The notes beneath the pieces were generated by a model. It was not told the DNA's origin and did no database searches. It worked only from the letters and a program-made list of their open reading frames with translations. A program made the position numbers and the translations under genes. Shown here piece by piece: positions 1-12,000 of a stretch of 64,000 nt of DNA (position 1 is the first letter of the stretch; each line of letters starts with the position of its first letter). Source of the stretch: Bugula neritina (taxonomy: Eukaryota > Animalia > Bryozoa). Where the stretch lies: contig OZ037766.1 of NCBI GenBank assembly GCA_964035545.1, positions 14,684,722 through 14,748,721 on the forward strand, read 5' to 3'.

Positions 1-3000
1 GCAATAGATTGGTGACTATACTAACCATTTTTCTATGGCATGAGTCAAAGCAGCTAAAGAAGTGAATGAAGCAAGTTAGTTGTACTCACTTCATTCATAG
101 AAAAGCCAATTGCAATTGCTCCTAGGAGAATTGGGAATTGTACCCTAGGAGAAATGCTGATTGCAATCTTCCTTAGGAGAAATGCCAATTTGCAAAAACA
201 GTTAGAGTATAATGTTAAACAATAATTTTAATAGCTTTTATGAATACTGTGGCAGCAGCTTTTTGGTTTAATGATTAAAATGAAAACTTTTCTGTAAAAC
301 ATTTTTTGTTAAATAGGTTTGGCAATAGATTGGAGACTAAATTAACTATTTTTCTATGGCATGAGTCAAAGCAACTAAAGAAGTGAATGAAGCAAGTTAG
401 TTGTACTCACTTCATTCATAGAAAAGCCAATTGCAATTGCTCCTAGGAGAATTGGGAATTGTACCCTAGGAGAAATGCTGCTTGCAATCTTCCTTAGGAG
501 AAATGCCAATTTGCAAAAACAGTTAGAGTATAAAGTTAAACAATAATTTTAATAGCTTTTATGAATACTGTGACAGCAGCTTTTTTGTTTAATGATTAAA
601 ATGAAAACTTTTCTGTGAAACATGTTTTGTGAAATGGGTTTGGCAATAGATTGGTGACTAAATTAACTATTTTTCTATGGCATGAGTCAAAGCAGCCAAA
701 GAAGTGAATGAAGCAAGTAAGTTGTACTCACTTCATTCAGAGAAAAGCCAATTGCAATTGCTCCTAGGAGAATTGGGAATTGTACTAGGGGGATTCACAA
801 TCTCCCTAGCAATAAGGTCAAAAGGTCTTAGGAGAGATGCCAATTGGCATCTCCCCTAGGAGAAATGCTGATTGCAATCCTCCCTAGGAGAAATGCCAAT
901 TTGCAAAAATAGTTAGAGTATAATGTTAAACAATTATTTTAATAGCTTTTATGAATACTGTGACAGCAGCTTTTTGGTTTAATGATTAAAATGAAAACTT
1001 TTCTGTAAAACATTTTTTGTGAAATGGGTTTGGCAATAGATTGGTGACTATATTAACTATTTTTCTATGGCATGAGTCAAAGCAGCTAAAGAAGTGAATG
1101 AAGCAAGTAAGTTGTACTCACTTCATTCATAGAAAAGCCAATTGCAATTGCTCCTAGGAGAATTGGGAATTGTACCCTAGGAGAAAGTCTAATTGCAATC
1201 TTCCCTAGGAGAAATGCCAAATTGCAAAAACAGTTAGAGTATAATGTTAAACAATAATTTTAATAGCTTTTATGAATACTGTGACAGAAGCTTTTTGGTT
1301 TAATGATTAAAATGAAAACTTTTCTGTAAAACAATTTTTTGTGAAATGGGTTTGGCAATAGATTGGTGACTAAATTAACTATTTTTCTATGGCATGAGTC
1401 AAAGCAGCTAAAGAAGTGAATGAAGCAAGTTAGTTGTACTCACTTCATTCATAGAAAAGCCAATTGCAATTGCTCCTAGGAGAATTGGGAATTGTACGCT
1501 AGGAGAAATGCTGATTGCAATCTTCCCTAGGAGAAATGCCAATTTGCAAAAACAGTTAGAGTATAATGTTAAACAATAATTTTAATAGCTTTTATGAATA
1601 CTGTGATGGCAGCTTTTTGGTTTAATGATTAAAATGAAAACTTTTCTGTGAAACATGTTTTGTGAAATGGGTTTGGCAATAGATTGGTGACTAAATTAAC
1701 TATTTTTCTATGGCATGAGTCAAAGCAGCTAAAGAAGTGAATGAAGCAAGTAAGTTGTACTCAGTTCATTCAGAGAAAAGCCAATCGCAATTGCTCCTAG
1801 GAGAATTGGGAACTGTACTAGGGGGATTCGCAATCTCCCTAGCAATAAGGTCAAAAGGTCTTAGGAGAGATGCCAATTGGCATCTCCCCTAGGAGAAATG
1901 CTGATTGCAATCCTCCCTAGGAGAAATGCCAATTTGCAAAAATAGTTAGAGTATAATGTTAAACAATTATTTTAATAGCTTTTATGAATACTGTGGCAGC
2001 ATCTTTTTGGTTTAATGATTAAAATGAAAACTTTTCTGTAAAACATTTTTTGTGAAATGGGTTTGGCAATAGATTGGTGACTAAATTAACTATTTTTCTA
2101 TGGCATGAGTCAAAACAGCTAAAGAAGTGAATGAAGCAAATTAGTTGTACTCACTTCATTCATAGAAAAGCCAATTGCAATTGCTCCTAGGAGAATTGGG
2201 AATTGTACCCTAGGAGAAAGTCTAATTGCAATCTTCCCTAGGAGAAATGCCACTTTGCAAAAACAGTTAGAGTATAATGTTAAACAATAATTCTAATAGC
2301 TTTTATGAATACTGTGACAGCAGCTTTTTGGTTTAATGATTAAAATGAAAACTTTTCTGTAAAACATTTTTTGTGAAATAGGTTTGGCAATAGATCGGTG
2401 ATTAAATTAACTATATTTTTATGGCATGAGTCAAAGCAGCTAAAGAAGTGAATGAAGCAAGATAGTTGTACTCACTTCATTCATAGAAAAGCCAATTGCA
2501 ATTGCACCTAGGAGAATTGGGAATTGTACCCTAGGAGAAATGCTGATTGCAATCTTCCTTAGGAGACATGCCAATTTGCAAAAACAGTTAGAATATAATG
2601 TAAAACAATAATTTTAATAGCTTTTATGAATACTGTGACAGCAGCTTTTTGGTTTAATGATTAAAATGAAAACTTTTCTGTAAAACATTTTTTGTGAAAT
2701 GGGTTTGGCAATAGATTGGTGACTATATTAACTATTTTTCTATGGCATGAGTCAAAGCAGCTAAAAAAGTGAATGAAGCAAGTTGGTTGTACCCACTTCA
2801 TTCATAGAAAAGCCAATTGCAATTGCTCCTAGGAGAATTGGGAATTGTACCCTAGGAGAAAGTCTAATTGCAATCTTCCCTAGGAGAAATGCCAAATTGC
2901 AAAAACAGTTAGAGTATAATGTTAAACAATAATTTTAATAGCTTTTATGAATACTGTGACAGCAGCTTTTTGGTTTAATGATTAAAATGAAAACTTTTCT

Positions 3001-6000
3001 GTAAAACATTTTTTGTGAAATAGGTTTGGCAATAGATTGGAGACTAAATTAACTATTTTTCTATGGCATGAGTCAAAGCAGCTAAAGAAGTGAATGAAGC
3101 AAGTTAGTTGTACTCACTTCATTCATAGAAAAGCCAATTGCAATTGCTCCTAGGAGAATTGGGAATTGTACCCTAGGAGAAATGCTGATTGCAATCTTCC
3201 TTAGGAGAAATGCCAATTTGCAAAAACAGTTAGAGTATAATGTTAAACAATAATTTTAATAGCTTTTATGAATACTGTGACAGCAGCTTTTTTGTTTAAT
3301 GATTAAAATGAAAACTTTTCTGTGAAACATGTTTTGTGAAATGGGTTTGGCAATAGATTGGTGACTAAATTAACTATTTTTCTATGGCATGAGTCAAAGC
3401 AGCTAAAGAAGTGAATGAAGCAAGTAAGTTGTACTCACTTCATTCAGAGAAAAGCCAATCGCAATTGCTCCTAGGAGAATTGGGAATTGCACTATTGGGA
3501 TTCGCAATCTCCCTAGCAATAAGGTCAAAAGGCCTTAGGAGAGATGCCAATTGGCATCTCCCCTAGGAGAAATGCTGATTGCAATCCTCCCTAGGAGAAA
3601 TGCCAATTTGCAAAAACAGTTAGAGTATAACGTTAAACAATAATTTTAATAGCTTTTATGAATACTGTGGCAGCAGCTTTTTGGTTTAATGATTAAAATG
3701 AAAACTTTTCTGTAAAACATTTTTTGTTAAATAGGTTTGGCAATAGATTGGAGACTAAATTAACTATTTTTCTATGGCATGAGTCAAAGCAACTAAAGAA
3801 GTGAATGAAGCAAGTTAGTTGTACTCACTTCATTCATAGAAAAGCCAATTGCAATTGCTCCTAGGAGAATTGGGAATTGTACCCTAGGAGAAATGCTGAT
3901 TGCAATCTTCCTTAGGAGAAATGCCAATTTGCAAAAACAGTTAGAGTATAAAGTTAAACAATAATTTTAATAGCTTTTATGAATACTGTGACAGCAGCTT
4001 TTTTGTTTAATGATTAAAATGAAAACTTTTCTGTGAAACATGTTTTGTGAAATGGGTTTGGCAATAGATTGGTGACTAAATTAACTATTTTTCTATGGCA
4101 TGAGTCAAAGCAGCCAAAGAAGTGAATGAAGCAAGTAAGTTGTACTCACTTCATTCAGAGAAAAGCCAATTGCAATTGCTCCTAGGAGAATTGGGAATTG
4201 TACCCTAGGAGAAAGTCTAATTGCAATCTTCCCTAGGAGAAATGCCACTTTGCAAAAACAGTTAGAGTATAACGTTAAACAATAATTCTAATAGCTTTTA
4301 TGAATACTGTGACAGCAGCTTTTTGGTTTAATGATTAAAATGAAAACTTTTCTGTAAAACATTTTTTGTGAAATAGGTTTGGCAATAGATTGGTGACTAA
4401 ATTAACTATATTTTTATGGCATGAGTCAAAGCAGCTAAAGAAGTGAATGAAGCAAGATAGTTGTACTCACTTCATTCATAGAAAAGCCAATTGCAATTGC
4501 TCCTAGGAGAATTGGGAATTGTACCCTAGGAGAAATGCTGATTGCAATCTTCCTTAGGAGACATGCCAATTTGCAAAAACAGTTAGAATATAATGTAAAA
4601 CAATAATTTTAATAGCTTTTATGAATACTGTGACAGCAGCTTTTTGGTTTAATGATTAAAATGAAAACTTTTCTGTAAAACATTTTTTGTGAAATGGGTT
4701 TGGCAATAGATTGGTGACTATATTAACTATTTTTCTATGGCATGAGTCAAAGCAGCTAAAAAAGTGAATGAAGCAAGTTGGTTGTACCCACTTCATTCAT
4801 AGAAAAGCCAATTGCAATTGCTCCTAGGAGAATTGGGAATTGTACCCTAGGAGAAAGTCTAATTGCAATCTTCCCTAGGAGAAATGCCAAATTGCAAAAA
4901 CAGTTAGAGTATAATGTTAAACAATAATTTTAATAGCTTTTATGAATACTGTGACAGCAGCTTTTTGGTTTAATGATTAAAATGAAAACTTTTCTGTAAA
5001 ACATTTTTTGTGAAATAGGTTTGGCAATAGATTGGAGACTAAATTAACTATTTTTCTATGGCATGAGTCAAAGCAGCTAAAGAAGTGAATGAAGCAAGTT
5101 AGTTGTACTCACTTCATTCATAGAAAAGCCAATTGCAATTGCTCCTAGGAGAATTGGGAATTGTACCCTAGGAGAAATGCTGATTGCAATCTTCCTTAGG
5201 AGAAATGCCAATTTGCAAAAACAGTTAGAGTATAATGTTAAACAATAATTTTAATAGCTTTTATGAATACTGTGACAGCAGCTTTTTTGTTTAATGATTA
5301 AAATGAAAACTTTTCTGTGAAACATGTTTTGTGAAATGGGTTTGGCAATAGATTGGTGACTAAATTAACTATTTTTCTATGGCATGAGTCAAAGCAGCTA
5401 AAGAAGTGAATGAAGCAAGTAAGTTGTACTCACTTCATTCAGAGAAAAGCCAATCGCAATTGCTCCTAGGAGAATTGGGAATTGCACTATTGGGATTCGC
5501 AATCTCCCTAGCAATAAGGTCAAAAGGCCTTAGGAGAGATGCCAATTGGCATCTCCCCTAGGAGAAATGCTGATTGCAATCCTCCCTAGGAGAAATGCCA
5601 ATTTGCAAAAACAATTAGAGTGTAATGTTAAACAATAATTTTAATAGCTTTTATGAATACTGTGGCAGCAGCTTTTTGGTTTAATGATTAAAATGAAAAC
5701 TTTTCTGTAAAACATTTTTTGTGAAATAGGTTTGGCAATAGATTGGAGACTAAATTAACTATTTTTCTATGGCATGAGTCAAAGCAACTAAAGAAGTGAA
5801 TGAAGCAAGTTAGTTGTACTCACTTCATTCATAGAAAAGCCAATTGCAATTGCTCCTAGGAGAATTGGGAATTGTACCCTAGGAGAAATGCTGATTGCAA
5901 TCTTCCTTAGGAGAAATGCCAATTTGCAAAAACAGTTAGAGTATAAAGTTAAACAATAATTTTAATAGCTTTTATGAATACTGTGACAGCAGCTTTTTTG

Positions 6001-9000
6001 TTTAATGATTAAAATGAAAACTTTTCTGTGAAACATGTTTTGTGAAATGGGTTTGGCAATAGATTGGTGACTAAATTAACTATTTTTCTATGGCATGAGT
6101 CAAAGCAGCCAAAGAAGTGAATGAAGCAAGTAAGTTGTACTCACTTCATTCAGAGAAAAGCCAATTGCAATTGCTCCTAGGAGAATTGGGAATTGTACTA
6201 GGGGGATTCACAATCTCCCTAGCAATAAGGTCAAAAGGTCTTAGGAGAGATGCCAATTGGCATCTCCCCTAGGAGGAATGCTGATTGCAATCCTCCCTAG
6301 GAGAAATGCCAATTTGCAAAAATAGTTAGAGTATAATGTTAAACAATTATTTTAATAGCTTTTATGAATACTGTGACAGCAGCTTTTTGGTTTAATGATT
6401 AAAATGAAAACTTTTCTGTAAAACATTTTTTGTGAAATGGGTTTGGCAATAGATTGGTGACTATATTAACTATTTTTCTATGGCATGAGTCAAAGCAGCT
6501 AAAAAAGTGAATGAAGCAAGTTAGTTGTACCCACTTCATTCATAGAAAAGCCAATTGCAATTGCTCCTAGGAGAATTGGGAATTGTACCCTAGGAGAAAG
6601 TCTAATTGCAATCTTCCCTAGGAGAAATGCCAAATTGCAAAAACAGTTAGAGTATAATGTTAAACAATAATTTTAATAGCTTTTATGAATACTGTGACAG
6701 CAGCTTTTTGGTTTAATGATTAAAATGAAATCTTTTCTGTAAAACAATTTTTTGTGAAATGGGTTTGGCAATAGATTGGTGACTAAATTAACTATTTTTC
6801 TATGGCATGAGTCAAAGCAGCTAAAGAAGTGAATGAAGCAAGTTAGTTGTACTCACTTCATTCATAGAAAAGCCAATTGCAATTGCTCCTAGGAGAATTG
6901 GGAATTGTACGCTAGGAGAAATGCTGATTGCAATCTTCCTTAGGAGAAATGCCAATTTGCAAAAACAGTTAGAGTATAATGTTAAACAATAATTTTAATA
7001 GCTTTTATGAATACTGTGGCAGCAGCTTTTTGGTTTAATGATTAAAATGAAAACTTTTCTGTAAAACATTTTTTGTTAAATAGGTTTGGCAATAGATTGG
7101 AGACTAAATTAACTATTTTTCTATGGCATGAGTCAAAGCAACTAAAGAAGTGAATGAAGCAAGTTAGTTGTACTCACTTCATTCATAGAAAAGCCAATTG
7201 CAATTGCTCCTAGGAGAATTGGGAATTGTACCCTAGGAGAAATGCTGATTGCAATCTTCCTTAGGAGAAATGCCAATTTGCAAAAACAGTTAGAGTATAA
7301 AGTTAAACAATAATTTTAATAGCTTTTATGAATACTGTGACAGCAGCTTTTTTGTTTAATGATTAAAATGAAAACTTTTCTGTGAAACATGTTTTGTGAA
7401 ATGGGTTTGGCAATAGATTGGTGACTAAATTAACTATTTTTCTATGGCATGAGTCAAAGCAGCCAAAGAAGTGAATGAAGCAAGTAAGTTGTACTCACTT
7501 CATTCAGAGAAAAGCCAGTTGCAATTGCTCCTAGGAGAATTGGGAATTGTACCCTAGGAGAAATGCTGATTGCAATCTTCCTTAGGAAAAATGCCAATTT
7601 GCAAAAACAGTTAGAGTATAAAGTTAAACAATAATTTTAATAGCTTTTATGAATACTGTGACAGCAGCTTTTTTGTTTAATGATTAAAATGAAAACTTTT
7701 CTGTGAAACATGTTTTGTGAAATGGGTTTGGCAATAGATTGGTAACTAAATTAACTATTTTTCTATGGTATGAGTCAAAGCAGCCAAAGAAGTGAATGAA
7801 GCAAGTAAGTTGTACTCACTTCATTCAGAGAAAAGCCAATTGCAATTGCTCCTAGGAGAATTGGGAATTGTACTAGGGGGATTCACAATCTCCCTAGCAA
7901 TAAGGTCAAAAGGTCTTAGGAGAGATGCCAATTGGCATCTCCCCTAGGAGAAATGCTGATTGCAATCCTCCCTAGGAGAAATGCCAATTTGCAAAAATAG
8001 TTAGAGTATAATGTTAAACAATTATTTTAATAGCTTTTATGAATACTGTGGCAGCAGCTTTTTGGTTTAATGATTAAAATGAAAACTTTTCTGTAAAACA
8101 TTTTTTGTGAAATAGGTTTGGCAATAGATTGGAGACTAAATTAACTATTTTTCTATGGCATGAGTCAAAGCAACTAAAGAAGTGAATGAAGCAAGTTAGT
8201 TGTACTCACTTCATTCATAGAAAAGCCAATTGCAATTGCTCCTAGGAGAATTGGGAATTGTACCCTAGGAGAAATGCTGATTGCAATCTTCCTTAGGAGA
8301 AATGCCAATTTGCAAAAACAGTTAGAGTATAAAGTTAAACAATAATTTTAATAGCTTTTATGAATACTGTGACAGCAGCTTTTTTGTTTAATGATTAAAA
8401 TGAAAACTTTTCTGTGAAACATGTTTTGTGAAATGGGTTTGGCAATAGATTGGTGACTAAATTAACTATTTTTCTATGGCATGAGTCAAAGCAGCCAAAG
8501 AAGTGAATGAAGCAAGTAAGTTGTACTCACTTCATTCAGAGAAAAGCCAATTGCAATTGCTCCTAGGAGAATTGGGAATTGTACTAGGGGGATTCACAAT
8601 CTCCCTAGCAATAAGGTCAAAAGGTCTTAGGAGAGATGCCAATTGGCATCTCCCCTAGGAGGAATGCTGATTGCAATCCTCCCTAGGAGAAATGCCAATT
8701 TGCAAAAATAGTTAGAGTATAATGTTAAACAATTATTTTAATAGCTTTTATGAATACTGTGACAGCAGCTTTTTGGTTTAATGATTAAAATGAAAACTTT
8801 TCTGTAAAACATTTTTTGTGAAATGGGTTTGGCAATAGATTGGTGACTATATTAACTATTTTTCTATGGCATGAGTCAAAGCAGCTAAAAAAGTGAATGA
8901 AGCAAGTTAGTTGTACCCACTTCATTCATAGAAAAGCCAATTGCAATTGCTCCTAGGAGAATTGGGAATTGTACCCTAGGAGAAAGTCTAATTGCAATCT

Positions 9001-12000
9001 TCCCTAGGAGAAATGCCAAATTGCAAAAACAGTTAGAGTATAATGTTAAACAATAATTTTAATAGCTTTTATGAATACTGTGACAGCAGCTTTTTGGTTT
9101 AATGATTAAAATGAAATCTTTTCTGTAAAACAATTTTTTGTGAAATGGGTTTGGCAATAGATTGGTGACTAAATTAACTATTTTTCTATGGCATGAGTCA
9201 AAGCAGCTAAAGAAGTGAATGAAGCAAGTTAGTTGTACTCACTTCATTCATAGAAAAGCCAATTGCAATTGCTCCTAGGAGAATTGGGAATTGTACCCTA
9301 GGAGAAATGCTGATTGCAATCTTCCTTAGGAGAAATGCCAATTTGCAAAAACAGTTAGAGTATAATGTTAAACAATAATTTTAATAGCTTTTATGAATAC
9401 TGTGGCAGCAGCTTTTTGGTTTAATGATTAAAATGAAAACTTTTCTGTAAAACATTTTTTGTTAAATAGGTTTGGCAATAGATTGGAGACTAAATTAACT
9501 ATTTTTCTATGGCATGAGTCAAAGCAACTAAAGAAGTGAATGAAGCAAGTTAGTTGTACTCACTTCATTCATAGAAAAGCCAATTGCAATTGCTCCTAGG
9601 AGAATTGGGAATTGTACCCTAGGAGAAATGCTGATTGCAATCTTCCTTAGGAGAAATGCCAATTTGCAAAATCAGTTAGAGTATAAAGTTAAACAATAAT
9701 TTTAATAGCTTTTATGAATACTGTGACAGCAGCTTTTTTGTTTAATGATTAAAATGAAAACTTTTCTGTGAAACATGTTTTGTGAAATGGGTTTGGCAAT
9801 AGATTGGTGACTAAATTAACTATTTTTCTATGGCATGAGTCAAAGCAGCCAAAGAAGTGAATGAAGCAAGTAAGTTGTACTCACTTCATTCAGAGAAAAG
9901 CCAATTGCAATTGCTCCTAGGAGAATTGGGAATTGTACCCTAGGAGAAATGCTGATTGCAATCTTCCTTAGGAAAAATGCCAATTTGCAAAAACAGTTAG
10001 AGTATAAAGTTAAACAATAATTTTAATAGCTTTTATGATTACTGTGACAGCAGCTTTTTTGTTTAATGATTAAAATGAAAACTTTTCTGTGAAACATGTT
10101 TTGTGAAATGGGTTTGGCAATAGATTGGTAACTAAATTAACTATTTTTCTATGGTATGAGTCAAAGCAGCCAAAGAAGTGAATGAAGCAAGTAAGTTGTA
10201 CTCACTTCATTCAGAGAAAAGCCAATTGCAATTGCTCCTAGGAGAATTGGGAATTGTACTAGGGGGATTCACAATCTCCCTAGCAATAAGGTCAAAAGGT
10301 CTTAGGAGAGATGCCAATTGGCATCTCCCCTAGGAGAAATGCTGATTGCAATCCTCCCTAGGAGAAATGCCAATTTGCAAAAATAGTTAGAGTATAATGT
10401 TAAACAATTATTTTAATAGCTTTTATGAATACTGTGACAGCAGCTTTTTGGTTTAATGATTAAAATGAAAACTTTTCTGTAAAACATTTTTTGTGAAATG
10501 GGTTTGGCAATAGATTGGTGACTATATTAACTATTTTTCTATGGCATGAGTCAAAGCAGCTAAAAAAGTGAATGAAGCAAGTTAGTTGTACCCACTTCAT
10601 TCATAGAAAAGCCAATTGCAATTGCTCCTAGGAGAATTGGGAATTGTACCCTAGGAGAAAGTCTAATTGCAATCTTCCCTAGGAGAAATGCCAAATTGCA
10701 AAAACAGTTAGAGTATAATGTTAAACAATAATTTTAATAGCTTTTATGAATACTGTGACAGCAGCTTTTTGGTTTAATGATTAAAATGAAAACTTTTCTG
10801 TAAAACAATTTTTTGTGAAATGGGTTTGGCAATAGATTGGTGACTAAATTACCTATTTTTCTATGGCATGAGTCAAAGCAGCTAAAGAAGTGAATGAAGC
10901 AAGTTAGTTGTACTCACTTCATTCATAGAAAAGCCAATTGCAATTGCTCCTAGGAGAATTGGGAATTGTACGCTAGGAGAAATGCTGATTGCAATCTTCC
11001 CTAGGAGAAATGCCAATTTGCAAAAACAGTTAGAGTATAATGTTAAACAATAATTTTAATAGCTTTTATGAATACTGTGATGGCAGCTTTTTGGTTTAAT
11101 GATTAAAATGAAAACTTTTCTGTGAAACATGTTTTGTGAAATGGGTTTGGCAATAGATTGGTGACTAAATTAACTATTTTTCTATGGCATGAGTCAAAGC
11201 AGCTAAAGAAGTGAATGAAGCAAGTAAGTTGTACTCAGTTCATTCAGAGAAAAGCCAATCGCAATTGCTCCTAGGAGAATTGGGAACTGTACTAGGGGGA
11301 TTCGCAATCTCCCTAGCAATAAGGTCAAAAGGTCTTAGGAGAGATGCCAATTGGCATCTCCCCTAGGAGAAATGCTGATTGCAATCCTCCCTAGGAGAAA
11401 TGCCAATTTGCAAAAATAGTTAGAGTATAATGTTAAACAATTATTTTAATAGCTTTTATGAATACTGTGGCAGCATCTTTTTGGTTTAATGATTAAAATG
11501 AAAACTTTTCTGTAAAACATTTTTTGTGAAATGGGTTTGGCAATAGATTGGTGACTAAATTAACTATTTTTCTATGGCATGAGTCAAAACAGCTAAAGAA
11601 GTGAATGAAGCAAATTAGTTGTACTCACTTCATTCATAGAAAAGCCAATTGCAATTGCTCCTAGGAGAATTGGGAATTGTACCCTAGGAGAAAGTCTAAT
11701 TGCAATCTTCCCTAGGAGAAATGCCACTTTGCAAAAACAGTTAGAGTATAATGTTAAACAATAATTCTAATAGCTTTTATGAATACTGTGACAGCAGCTT
11801 TTTGGTTTAATGATTAAAATGAAAACTTTTCTGTAAAACATTTTTTGTGAAATAGGTTTGGCAATAGATTGGTGACTAAATTAACTATATTTTTATGGCA
11901 TGAGTCAAAGCAGCTAAAGAAGTGAATGAAGCAAGATAGTTGTACTCACTTCATTCATAGAAAAGCCAATTGCAATTGCTCCTAGGAGAATTGGGAATTG

